Notes under the pieces: model-generated | Database searches by the model: none | What the model was told of the DNA's origin: nothing | Seen by the model: the letters and a program-made list of their open reading frames with translations, nothing else | NCBI GenBank assembly: GCA_016288825.1 | Contig: JAEELH010000061.1 | Location: 2,967-66,966 of the forward strand | Source of the DNA: Lachnospiraceae bacterium | Lineage (GTDB): Bacteria; Bacillota; Clostridia; Lachnospirales; Lachnospiraceae | Direction of reading: 5' to 3' | DNA: 64,000 bases | Part shown: positions 9,203-18,455 of the stretch, piece by piece | How the letters are laid out: each line of letters starts with the position of its first letter | Position numbering within the stretch: the first letter of the stretch is position 1 | Translations under genes and position numbers: made by a program

Positions 9203-10229
9203 AAAGGATATGGTGACAGACTGCATCAAAGCGGTATTTGAGCAGACCTATCAGGACTTTGATCTCTATGTTTGCGATAACGGATCCACCGACGGATCCG
9301 GGGATGCCATTGAGGCTGAGTACGGAAGCAGACTAACTCTTATCAGAAACAGCGAAAATCTCGGTGGAAGCGGCGGCTTTAACACCGGCCTCAGAGCAGC
9401 CTGTAAGCGGGGCTACGACTACTACATGTGTATTGATAATGACGCCTTTTTGGATGAGGGATGTGTTAGCAATCTTCTGGATTTCCTTGAGGAGCATGGG
9501 GATGTAGGTATTGCAGCTGCCAAGATCTACCATATGGAGAGACCGGATACCGTCCAGAATTTCGGTCAGATCATTGATTTTAAAAACTACTGTACGGAGG
9601 TTCCATATCTGGGATATACAGAGGATGGCAGCATGCCTGATTTTGTTTATACCGAGGCAGTTCCTGCGTGTGCACTTATGATCAGAAAAGAGGTTATATC
9701 CGATATCGGACTTCTTCCGGAGGAAAACTTTCTTTATTGGGATGATACGGAGTGGTGTTTCAGGGCCAGAGAAGCCGGCTGGAAGATCGCTTCCGTTGGA
9801 AGCGCCAAGGCTCTTCATTGCATGGGAGCCAGGCGAGAGGATGTCAGTACCTTTCCGACTTACTATGCTTGGCGCAATTGGATCAGGTTTTTCATCCTTC
9901 ATACTCCGGAGGAGGATCTTCCCAATATGGGGATCACCTTTCTCACCTCTGTTTATCTGGTTCAGTGCGAGGGCTATGAAGGAGACAGATTTGCCAGAGC
10001 GGCAACAGTCATGGCAGCATATGAGGATGCCATAGATGGTGTTTGCGGCAAGGCTGCCGAGGGCATCATCCGTGATATAGAAAAGGACGGACGGGAGGTA
10101 AGGTTTGACAGTATCGCAGATCTTCCTGCCGAGTACGAAAAGGGACGAGAACTTTTCATTTTCGCAAATCTTCCGGGATTTCTGAGAAAGGCACAGGAAT
10201 TGCGAAAGAATAACAGGAGTAGACAGTGA
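9165..10229 (+). CDS. Glycosyltransferase family 2
   Basis: IVICNYN, DNGSTDGS, NLGGSGGFN, IDND and FLYWDDTEWC motifs. Confidence 0.9.
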   Translation: MSRIGIVICNYNKKDMVTDCIKAVFEQTYQDFDLYVCDNGSTDGSGDAIEAEYGSRLTLIRNSENLGGSGGFNTGLRAACKRGYDYYMCIDNDAFLDEGCVSNLLDFLEEHGDVGIAAAKIYHMERPDTVQNFGQIIDFKNYCTEVPYLGYTEDGSMPDFVYTEAVPACALMIRKEVISDIGLLPEENFLYWDDTEWCFRAREAGWKIASVGSAKALHCMGARREDVSTFPTYYAWRNWIRFFILHTPEEDLPNMGITFLTSVYLVQCEGYEGDRFARAATVMAAYEDAIDGVCGKAAEGIIRDIEKDGREVRFDSIADLPAEYEKGRELFIFANLPGFLRKAQELRKNNRSRQ

Positions 10230-11056
10230 AGGATATTAGATCATATAAAAAAAGGATCATTTCCATAGTTTTGGTCTTTGCATTCTGCCTGACCATGGTA
10301 GCCTGTGGGCAAGTGCAAAAAAAGGCTGAAAAGAAAAAAGATGACTCGCTGAAAAAGGTTTTGAAGTCAGGGAAACTGGTATTGGGACTTGATAGAAATT
10401 ATCCTCCCATGGGTTTTCTTGCGGATTCAGGCAAGATCGAGGGATTTGACATTGATGTTGCAAAGGAAGTCTGCAAAAGAATGGGTGTTAAACTTAAAAA
10501 GAAGTCCATTGCCTGGGATGAAAAAGAAGATGAGCTCAATAGCGGCTCAATAGACTGTATTTGGAACGGTTTGTCGGTTACGCCCGAGAGAGAGGCGAGT
10601 ATGAGTCTTTCCGAACCTTATATGAAAAATGAGCGGATCATTATTGTTCCCGGTGACAGTGATGTTAAGGCGGTTTCGGATCTTACCGGTAAAAAAGTAG
10701 GAGTACAAAAGGGTTCTACGGCGCAGGAGGCTTTGGAAAGATCAGAGTTTTATGAAGAGATCAGGGAAGAGCTGTTTGATGATAATCTTATGCTGATCGC
10801 AAAACTCAAAAACGGTGAGCTGGATGCCATTATCCTTGATTCCGTAGTGGCATACTATTGTATTTTTAATGGGGATGAGACCTACTATGTTCTTTCCGAC
10901 AGTATTGAGGAAGAGGAATTCGCTATCGGATTCAGAAAGGGTGATAATGTCCTTCGTGACAAGGTGCAGGATATCATCAGTGATATGAAGGCAGATGGAT
11001 CCTTGGGCGAGATTTCCTGCAAGTGGTTTGGAAGCGATATTACTATAGTTAGATAG
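10226..11056 (+). CDS. Polar amino-acid ABC substrate-binding lipoprotein (SBP family 3)
   Basis: Lipobox-like MVAC; YPPMGF, GFDID, VTPER, VGVQKGS and KWFG motifs. Confidence 0.9.
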   Translation: MKDIRSYKKRIISIVLVFAFCLTMVACGQVQKKAEKKKDDSLKKVLKSGKLVLGLDRNYPPMGFLADSGKIEGFDIDVAKEVCKRMGVKLKKKSIAWDEKEDELNSGSIDCIWNGLSVTPEREASMSLSEPYMKNERIIIVPGDSDVKAVSDLTGKKVGVQKGSTAQEALERSEFYEEIREELFDDNLMLIAKLKNGELDAIILDSVVAYYCIFNGDETYYVLSDSIEEEEFAIGFRKGDNVLRDKVQDIISDMKADGSLGEISCKWFGSDITIVR

Positions 11057-11065
11057 GATTGCTTT

Positions 11066-13831
11066 ATGGGTGTAAGTAAAAATGGTAAAGCAAAAAAAAT
11101 AAACCGAATGGCCCTTAGAAGTGTTGCGGTATCAGTACTTGTGATCTCTTTTTTCGTGGGTGTGATCCTTGCTTTTTACTTTATGCTTTATTCTGAAACC
11201 ACGGACAGGATCATAAAGAGCGGAGAACTTACTGCTAACGCTTCCGCCAGAGAGATCGACAAGTATCTGTCTACAGGTATTGATACCATGAGACTGGCTT
11301 GCTATACCCTGGACAATATGATCCGTGACGGAAGTACTTACGAGGAGATAGATACATTCATCATTAACCAGTCCACAGCCTTATCCAATATGACATCCGA
11401 AAATACTACAGGATTATATGGATATATCAATGATATTTACATGGACGGTACGGATTGGGTCCCTGATGATGATTATGTTCCTACTGAGCGCCCCTGGTAT
11501 ATCGGCGCCAGGGCCAGTATAGGTAAGGTAGCGGTTGTGGATCCTTATCTTGATGCCCAGACCCATACCATCATGATCACTTTGGCCAAGACTCTTTGCG
11601 ATGCAAAAAGCGTTGCTGCCATGGATTTTTCTCTGGAGTATCTTCAAAAGATGACAGAGAAGCTTGAGGCAGAGAGCGAAGCAGATATGGAGATAGTGCT
11701 TGACGGTAACTATGATGTCATCACCCATTCAGACAGTAGTCAGTTGGGAAGAAACTATATTTCAGAGGAGGGTACTTTCGGTCGGGTACTTGTTGACAAT
11801 CTTCGGGCGACAGATGATAACTATTTTTCCTTTAGATACAGGGGCGCAGATTATATAGTTTATAATACTACAGTAGCCAATGACTGGAACTGTCTGTCGG
11901 TGTTTGATGCGACAGATGATTTTAATCAGCTCAGGAATCTGCTGGTTTATACTATCATAGCAGCAGTTCTTGTAGTGGTGATCCAGATGATCATCATGCT
12001 TTATTCTGCTCAAAAGGATCGTGAGACCAGAGAAGCCGTTGCTGCCAACGAGGCTAAGTCTTCATTCCTTTCCAACATGTCCCATGAGATCCGAACTCCC
12101 ATCAATGCGGTTCTTGGCATGAATGAGATGATCCTCAGGGAGAGCAGTGAGAGTAGCATTATCGAGTATTCAGAAAACATACGGACAGCCGGTAATACGC
12201 TTCTCGGTATCGTCAATGATGTTCTTGACTTTTCCAAGATCGAGGCGGGCAAGATGGAGATCGTTCCTGTTGAGTATGATTTTTCATCAGTCCTCATTGA
12301 TCTTGACAATATGATCAGGGTAAGGGCGGAAAGCAAAGGCCTTTTGCTCAGACTAGATATCAATAGGGATATACCTAAGCGCCTTTTCGGAGATGAGGTA
12401 CGCATTAAGCAGGTTATCACCAATATTCTTACCAATGCTGTCAAGTATACAGAAAAGGGCAGCGTTACTCTTGGTGTGGATTTTGAAAAGGATCAGGAAG
12501 ATTCCAACAGCGTTTATATGCTTTTCTCTGTTAAGGATACGGGTATCGGTATCAAGCCTGAGGATATGAAAAAACTGTATTCCGAGTTTGAGAGGATTGA
12601 AGAAAAGCGTAACCGTAACATTGAGGGTACGGGCCTTGGAATGAGTATAACCAGCAGTCTTTTGAAGCTGATGGGTACTTCACTTGAGGTTTCCAGCGTT
12701 TACGGGGAGGGATCTGTTTTCTCATTCCGTCTTAAGCAGAGGGTTGTCAATTGGGAGGCCCTTGGAGATTATGAGGCTGCCTTCCGCGAGTCTCTGGATG
12801 AAAGGAAAAAGTATCACGAGAAGTTTACTGCACCGGAGGCAGTCATCCTGGTTGTTGATGATACCGAGATGAACCTTCAGGTTGTTGAAAACCTGCTCAA
12901 GAGGACCGATATTCAGATAGATACTGCCACCAGAGGAGCAGAAGCTCTTGTTATGTGTGCCAAGAAAAAATATGACGTTATCTTTCTTGACCATATGATG
13001 CCTGAGATGGATGGTATCGAAACATTAAAAAAACTTCGCGCTGATACGACCAACCCGAATCTCAGGACTCCTTCCATCTGCCTTACGGCCAATGCCATTT
13101 CCGGTTCTAGAGAAAAGTATTTATCTGTTGGATTTGAAGACTATCTTACAAAGCCTATAGATGCGGATAAGATTGAAGAGATCTTGATCAGATATCTTCC
13201 TCAGGAAAAGATAAGTACGATTACGGACAATGATGATGTAGCTGAGGATGAGCAGATACCACAGTACCTTATGGATTGTGAGGGACTGGATGTTCAGCAG
13301 GGCGTCGACAATAGTGGGGGCGTAGAAGGATACCTTAATGTCCTAAAGGGATTTTATTCATATATTGATGACAAGTCCGGGGAGATCCAGAGTTTCTTTG
13401 ATGCCGGGGATATATCAAATCTTACTATCAAGGTACATGGCCTTAAGTCTTCGGCCAGGATCATCGGCGCCATGGAACTGTCGAGTGAAGCCGAGAAATT
13501 GGAAGCTGCAGGCAAGTCAGGGGATCTGGATTATATCAAAGAGAATCTTAGTGCGATGCTGGATCGCTATAGGTCATATAAAGATATTCTTTTGCCGGTG
13601 GTGGAAAAGAAAGATGATCTTCCGGAAGCTTCTCAGGAGTTTTTAGATGATGCATACAGCGCACTTGAGGAGTTTGCATCAGTAGAAGACTATGATTGTG
13701 TCAGGATGGTCATAGAAAGCACAGAGGAGTACTCACTTAAGGAAGAGGACAAAAAGCGTTTTGAAAAGGCGCTCTTATTGCTTTACGAACTTAATTGGGA
13801 CGGGATCCTGGAGCTTGCAAAAAACAGATAA
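11066..13831 (+). CDS. Hybrid sensor histidine kinase (dCache-HisKA-HATPase-REC-Hpt)
   Basis: ERPWY Cache motif; SHEIRTPIN H-box; NAVKYT, DTGIG, GTGLG; DHMMP receiver; VHGLKSSARIIGA Hpt. Confidence 0.92.
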   Translation: MGVSKNGKAKKINRMALRSVAVSVLVISFFVGVILAFYFMLYSETTDRIIKSGELTANASAREIDKYLSTGIDTMRLACYTLDNMIRDGSTYEEIDTFIINQSTALSNMTSENTTGLYGYINDIYMDGTDWVPDDDYVPTERPWYIGARASIGKVAVVDPYLDAQTHTIMITLAKTLCDAKSVAAMDFSLEYLQKMTEKLEAESEADMEIVLDGNYDVITHSDSSQLGRNYISEEGTFGRVLVDNLRATDDNYFSFRYRGADYIVYNTTVANDWNCLSVFDATDDFNQLRNLLVYTIIAAVLVVVIQMIIMLYSAQKDRETREAVAANEAKSSFLSNMSHEIRTPINAVLGMNEMILRESSESSIIEYSENIRTAGNTLLGIVNDVLDFSKIEAGKMEIVPVEYDFSSVLIDLDNMIRVRAESKGLLLRLDINRDIPKRLFGDEVRIKQVITNILTNAVKYTEKGSVTLGVDFEKDQEDSNSVYMLFSVKDTGIGIKPEDMKKLYSEFERIEEKRNRNIEGTGLGMSITSSLLKLMGTSLEVSSVYGEGSVFSFRLKQRVVNWEALGDYEAAFRESLDERKKYHEKFTAPEAVILVVDDTEMNLQVVENLLKRTDIQIDTATRGAEALVMCAKKKYDVIFLDHMMPEMDGIETLKKLRADTTNPNLRTPSICLTANAISGSREKYLSVGFEDYLTKPIDADKIEEILIRYLPQEKISTITDNDDVAEDEQIPQYLMDCEGLDVQQGVDNSGGVEGYLNVLKGFYSYIDDKSGEIQSFFDAGDISNLTIKVHGLKSSARIIGAMELSSEAEKLEAAGKSGDLDYIKENLSAMLDRYRSYKDILLPVVEKKDDLPEASQEFLDDAYSALEEFASVEDYDCVRMVIESTEEYSLKEEDKKRFEKALLLLYELNWDGILELAKNR

Positions 13832-13838
13832 AAAAACC

Positions 13839-13867
13839 TTGCTTCATGGAAAGCAGTATGCTATAAT
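13839..13867 (+). promoter_or_regulatory. Sigma-A promoter of tRNA-Trp
   Basis: TTGCTT-17-TATAAT with extended TG. Confidence 0.75.
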
Positions 13868-13896
13868 GCAATAGTTCGCGCCACGGTGCGGACTTT

Positions 13897-13969
13897 AGGG
13901 GTATAGTTCAGTTGGTAGAACGTCGGTCTCCAAAACCGGATGTCGAGGGTTCAAGTCCTTCTGCCCCTG
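13897..13969 (+). tRNA. tRNA-Trp (CCA), 3' CCA not encoded
   Basis: Cloverleaf: AGGGGTA/TGCCCCT acceptor stem, D-loop AGTTGGTA, anticodon loop CTCCAAA, T-loop TTCAAGT. Confidence 0.97.
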
Positions 13970-13970
13970 T

Positions 13971-14492
13971 ATGACAATTAATTCATTTCTCTACGGAATG
14001 CGCAGGTTTAGCGACGCATATAATCTGATCTACGAGCGGGTCGCCTCTGATGACAAGAGGGGCAGACTTGGTGAGGATGCGGATTACTATGCGTTTTTTC
14101 CGTCTTTAGACGATCCTTACATGAATCCCAGGGTTATTATGAGTTCCACAAAGCGCAACGAATGTATCCATCTCGTTGTGGCTAGTTATGTTTGCTGTGT
14201 CAGGGGAATACTTGATGATATAGGTGACATGTCACAGGAACTTGTGAGTCTGGGCGAGGAACTTGAGGAGAGGATGGAGCAGTACGGTAGGGACCTTATG
14301 GAACTGCCTCAGAGTCGTTTTTCGGACTCGGATCCGGAGCTTTCCGATATGCTCCTTTCATATTATATGTCGGTTCTGGCTTTTCACGACATGTTCAGAT
14401 CCCATCTTTTTGAACTTAATGAAAAATACAAAAAAGATGCCTTTATCTCCGAAAGCATTGCCAAGGCTTTCAAGGAGATAAAGGATCAGTAA
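13971..14492 (+). CDS. Hypothetical acidic helical protein
   Basis: 173-aa ORF filling the gap between the tRNA and a convergent gene; no RBS, start uncertain. Confidence 0.55.
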   Translation: MTINSFLYGMRRFSDAYNLIYERVASDDKRGRLGEDADYYAFFPSLDDPYMNPRVIMSSTKRNECIHLVVASYVCCVRGILDDIGDMSQELVSLGEELEERMEQYGRDLMELPQSRFSDSDPELSDMLLSYYMSVLAFHDMFRSHLFELNEKYKKDAFISESIAKAFKEIKDQ

Positions 14493-14495
14493 AGG

Positions 14496-15518
14496 TCAAT
14501 CTATCGTGATGGGGTAACGGAAATTGCCGTTACCGTTTTCAAGGTAATCGATCATATCTGCCCGATGATCACTGTCACAAGCCATGCCTGCGATAGAAAG
14601 GTCAAACACATCGATGGTGTTCTTGTTATTCCAATCTGAATCTGTAGTGTCTATAAAACGCCATCTGCCATCGAAGTAGGCTATGTTAAACTCGTGGTTT
14701 CCTTCATCGCCCCGTGACTCGATCTTGTCCTGGAAAATAGTGGCGCAGGGGATACCCACAGCCTGTAAAAGCGTTTGTGTCAGACGGGAGTATCCGAAGC
14801 AGTCGGTTCCTCCAACCTTTCCGTCCTCCAGGATCTGTTGATAAACATCCCAGGGATTTTTGCTAAGTCCGTTATAGGATTCGTATTTAAGATGCTTTAC
14901 CACCCAAAGGCAGATGGCGCGGGCTTTTTTTCTATCGGTCTTACAGCCTTTTGTAATCTCATTTGCAAGGTCCTTGAACACCGCTTCCTTCTCCGCATCA
15001 CCTTCGAGCCAGAACATCTCACTTTGCTGTGCGGTGATTTCCGGGTCTTCCAGATACTTTACAGCATCCTCCAGGGACTTAATTATATCCGCAAAGGTTC
15101 CCTTGGGTATGTTTTTTATGGTATTCAGCTTATAGCATCCGCTGAAAACATATTTCCCCATCTTGATCTTCTTCCCTTTCGGAAAGGAGATCTTTTTTAG
15201 ATTCACGCAATCGTAAAAGGCGCCTTCATCCAGTCTTTTTGTTGTTGACGGCAGAGTAACTGACTTGAGTTTTTTGCAGTTGGAAAAAGCATATCGCCCA
15301 ATACCCTTAACGGTAGTACCGCTGATCTTCTTGGGAATCTTTGCGGAGGTTACGCTTTTTTCAGCCCAGGTAATAAGTCCGCTTCCGGTATTGATATATA
15401 TTTTTCCGCCGCTTACGGAATAGGATTTTTGATTACCGGCTGCAATACAAGATCCCGTTGGTACCAAGCAGATCAGCATGCATAGGATAAGTGTGGTGAT
15501 GACATTTCTTTTTAGCAT
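14496..15518 (-). CDS. Secreted BspA-type LRR + transglutaminase-like domain protein
   Basis: Signal peptide; IGRYAFSNCKKLKSVTLP repeats; Cys-His-Asp triad (DCFGY, HEFN, WRFIDTT). Confidence 0.85.
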   Translation of the reverse strand: MLKRNVITTLILCMLICLVPTGSCIAAGNQKSYSVSGGKIYINTGSGLITWAEKSVTSAKIPKKISGTTVKGIGRYAFSNCKKLKSVTLPSTTKRLDEGAFYDCVNLKKISFPKGKKIKMGKYVFSGCYKLNTIKNIPKGTFADIIKSLEDAVKYLEDPEITAQQSEMFWLEGDAEKEAVFKDLANEITKGCKTDRKKARAICLWVVKHLKYESYNGLSKNPWDVYQQILEDGKVGGTDCFGYSRLTQTLLQAVGIPCATIFQDKIESRGDEGNHEFNIAYFDGRWRFIDTTDSDWNNKNTIDVFDLSIAGMACDSDHRADMIDYLENGNGNFRYPITID

Positions 15519-15549
15519 TTAGATTTCCCCCGATTTATATTTTTTCTCA

Positions 15550-15578
15550 ATTATAAAGAGGACCAAAAAGGATTGCAA
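15550..15578 (-). promoter_or_regulatory. Sigma-A promoter
   Basis: TTGCAA-17-TATAAT on the minus strand upstream of 15518. Confidence 0.7.
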
Positions 15579-15660
15579 GTATCCGAAAATAATATCCAAT
15601 TGTCTGATGAATATGTTATACTTCAGTTATTAAAGTAAAAGCAATAGAAGGGGGGATATT

Positions 15661-16671
15661 GTGAAAAAGATATGTATCAAACTGATGGCAGTGCTGCTTT
15701 TCATAAGCGTATGTGTGGTCAGTGCACCGGCCGTAGGAACACAGGCGGCGGTCAAGTCCTACAAGATCAAGGGTGATTGGGTTGGATTTGATAGATCCAG
15801 CGGCAAGATCACCTACACCCATGATGGATTGGATTATATTCCTGCCAGTATCGATGGGACCAAGGTTAAGATCATAGGCAAGTGGGCTTTTTGTAGGAAT
15901 TCCAAACTCAAGAATGCCAAGATCCCTTCATCGGTTACAAAGATTGAAAAAGGCGCTTTCTACGAATGCAAGAATCTTAAGAAAGTTACTTTTGCTAAGG
16001 GTTCAAAAGCAAAGATCGGAGATATGGCATTTGGAAAGTGTTACAAGCTGAATACTGTTGTCAATAATCCCAGCAGTGACTGGAAAAACCGGATGGATTC
16101 CTTGGAACGTGTAACAAATCTTCTTGACTCCTTGGATCCGCAGGCAGTTCGTGAAACAAAAACATATATTTGGAAGATCAAGAATCTTGACGAGGATATG
16201 TGGAGCGTCATAAAAAAGAAGGCAGAATCCATCACTAAGGGTTGTTCCACAGACAGAGAAAAAGCGAAGGCTATATATAAGTGGGTTGCTAAGATCCCCT
16301 ACGATAATGAGTGGAGATCCGACGGCTCCAAGTGGCCGGAGCAGGATCCCTATGTGCTGATCACATGGGATAAGAGCGAACATGGGGGAAAGGAGGCAAG
16401 TACCGATTGTGTAGGACATACTTACCTGACATTGGCCTTGTTGGATTGTGTAGATATCCCCAGTGTTTATGTTTACAGGGAAACTAAGGGGAATGAGTCC
16501 GTAGGCCATGGATGGAATGCAGCTTTTGTCGATGGAAAATGGATATGGATCGATTCTACACAGAAGTTTTTTGATCCGGGATTAGCTGGATTTGTCAGCG
16601 ATTCCGATCATAAGAGAATAGATATGATCAATGGTGTAGACTTTGATGAATACAGTGTCACAGAAAACTAG
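15661..16671 (+). CDS. Secreted BspA-type LRR + transglutaminase-like domain protein (paralog)
   Basis: GTG start, signal peptide, IEKGAFYECKNLKKVTF repeats, triad DCVGH, HGWN, WIWIDST. Confidence 0.85.
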   Translation: MKKICIKLMAVLLFISVCVVSAPAVGTQAAVKSYKIKGDWVGFDRSSGKITYTHDGLDYIPASIDGTKVKIIGKWAFCRNSKLKNAKIPSSVTKIEKGAFYECKNLKKVTFAKGSKAKIGDMAFGKCYKLNTVVNNPSSDWKNRMDSLERVTNLLDSLDPQAVRETKTYIWKIKNLDEDMWSVIKKKAESITKGCSTDREKAKAIYKWVAKIPYDNEWRSDGSKWPEQDPYVLITWDKSEHGGKEASTDCVGHTYLTLALLDCVDIPSVYVYRETKGNESVGHGWNAAFVDGKWIWIDSTQKFFDPGLAGFVSDSDHKRIDMINGVDFDEYSVTEN

Positions 16672-16685
16672 AAGGGGGTAGACGT

Positions 16686-18152
16686 ATGCTTACAGATTTT
16701 GTAAAAGGGGAAAAGCCTGAAGCCGAGGAGATCGAGGCGCGTATCGATGCCGCAAGGAGCAAGCTTGCCAGACAGCAGATCCAGATCAAGGAGAAAAAAC
16801 TTCCGGTTCTGGTGATCCTGGACGGATGGGGCGCTGCCGGCAAGGGTAGCGTTCTGGGAAGAGTCATCAAGGAACTGGATCCCAGATTTTTCAGGACCGA
16901 GACACTTGCTCAGCCTACACAGGATGAGGTGAGACGGCCTTTCTTGTACAGGTATTTTGTACGTATACCTGAGGCCGGCAAGATATCATTCTTTGATAGC
17001 AGCTGGATGGATGAGACTACGAAATCGTACTTGCTGGATGAGTATTCCGAAAAAGAATATGCCAACCATATCAGGAGTATCAAGAGATTTGAGAGACAGT
17101 TGTCCGATAACGGATATCTTTTGGTGAAGCTTTTCTTTGATATCTCTGAGAAGGAGCAGAAGAAGAGACTTGAGGCCCTCAGAGAGGATTCTTCCACCAA
17201 GTGGAGAGTTGAAAAGTTTGATCGTTGGCAGAATAAGCATTATAAGACTTGCAGAAAGGTATACGACGATTATCTTGAGAATACCAATCAGTTCTCGGCA
17301 CCATGGTATATCATTGATTCCAAGAGCCGTAAGTGGGCCGAACTCCAGATGCTGGAGATCATGACAAGAGCCATAGATACTGCACTTACAAATTCTACCA
17401 GGTCAGTGCCTATCCTTCAGAATACATTCCCCCTTAAGACAATGCCGAAGCTTTCGGCTATTGATCCCAATGTGAGGATATCTGATGACGAGTACAGAAC
17501 CAGACTTAAGGAACTTCAGGCTGAACTGTCGGATCTTCATAATAGGATATATCACAAAAGGATGCCGGTTATCATAGCCTATGAGGGCTGGGATGCAGCG
17601 GGTAAAGGCGGCAATATCAAGCGTGTTACCGCAGCCCTTGATCCCAGAGGATACGAGGTTATGCCGATCGCTTCTCCCGAGCCTCATGAAAAGGCAAGGC
17701 ATTATCTTTGGAGATTCTGGAACCGTCTGCCAAAGGATGGCCACATCACCATTTTTGATCGAACCTGGTACGGGCGCGTCATGGTTGAGAGGCTTGAAGG
17801 CTTCTGCTCTGAAAATGACTGGCAGAGAGCATACAATGAGATCAACGAGTTTGAGCAGGAACTTCAGGATTGGGGTGCCGTGCTCATCAAGTTCTGGGTG
17901 CATATTGATAAGGACACTCAGCTTGAGCGCTTCAATGCCAGAGCTGCAGATCCCGAGAAGCAGTGGAAGATCACTGATGAGGACTGGAGAAACCGCGAGA
18001 AGTGGGATCTGTATGAAGAGGCTGTGGATGAGATGATCGCAAAGACTTCGACGGAGTATGCACCTTGGCATATTCTCGAAAGCGATGATAAGCATTTTGC
18101 ACGGATCAAAGCGCTGGAGATAATTACATCCGAAATCAAAAAAAGATTGTAA
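16686..18152 (+). CDS. ppk2: Two-domain polyphosphate kinase 2 (polyP:AMP phosphotransferase type)
   Basis: Duplicated domains with GWGAAGKG and EGWDAAGKGG; FDRTWYGRV; WKITDEDWRNR. Confidence 0.9.
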   Translation: MLTDFVKGEKPEAEEIEARIDAARSKLARQQIQIKEKKLPVLVILDGWGAAGKGSVLGRVIKELDPRFFRTETLAQPTQDEVRRPFLYRYFVRIPEAGKISFFDSSWMDETTKSYLLDEYSEKEYANHIRSIKRFERQLSDNGYLLVKLFFDISEKEQKKRLEALREDSSTKWRVEKFDRWQNKHYKTCRKVYDDYLENTNQFSAPWYIIDSKSRKWAELQMLEIMTRAIDTALTNSTRSVPILQNTFPLKTMPKLSAIDPNVRISDDEYRTRLKELQAELSDLHNRIYHKRMPVIIAYEGWDAAGKGGNIKRVTAALDPRGYEVMPIASPEPHEKARHYLWRFWNRLPKDGHITIFDRTWYGRVMVERLEGFCSENDWQRAYNEINEFEQELQDWGAVLIKFWVHIDKDTQLERFNARAADPEKQWKITDEDWRNREKWDLYEEAVDEMIAKTSTEYAPWHILESDDKHFARIKALEIITSEIKKRL

Positions 18153-18181
18153 AGTAATAAGTGAATAGATAATGAATAAGA

Positions 18182-18212
18182 AGCACTGGACGGTATCATA
18201 CCGTCCGGTGCT
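18182..18212 (+). terminator. Stem-loop after ppk2 (terminator-like, weak U-tract)
   Basis: AGCACTGGACGGTA-TCA-TACCGTCCGGTGCT. Confidence 0.55.
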
Positions 18213-18303
18213 ACTACTATTCTGTGATTTATTCGTAATGAAATTTGAAAACGGTGTAGATTTGCGTATGTAATTATTGTGTGAAGGTTCAGGAAAAGTG
18301 GTA

Positions 18304-18439
18304 AAAACCGCGGGTATAGTATCCGTAGCGACCCTCGTTTTTAGTCGTTACTTAGGCGGCGTATTTTGCCGCCTTACGTAACGCGACCAAAAAACAAGGA
18401 GCGGGAGCGCGTCGCCAAGGGTACTATATCCGCGGTTTT
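18304..18439 (+). ncRNA. Unassigned structured non-coding element, copy A (RNA or ssDNA)
   Basis: 21-bp outer stem, three-way junction, GNRA-like GC-GGGA-GC hairpin; homologous to 46378-46517 with covariation. Confidence 0.6.
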
Positions 18440-18455
18440 GTATTAGGTCCCTGAT

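Noticed and set aside
13970-16685. Prophage or integrative element at tRNA-Trp
   Set aside because: No integrase and no duplicated tRNA 3' end (att repeat) seen downstream
18304-18439. SRP RNA, 6S RNA, hammerhead ribozyme or T-box assignment for the structured element
   Set aside because: Lacks the SRP domain IV motif, hammerhead CUGANGA/GAAA core and T-box GGUGGNACCGCG; shorter than 6S and present in two copies
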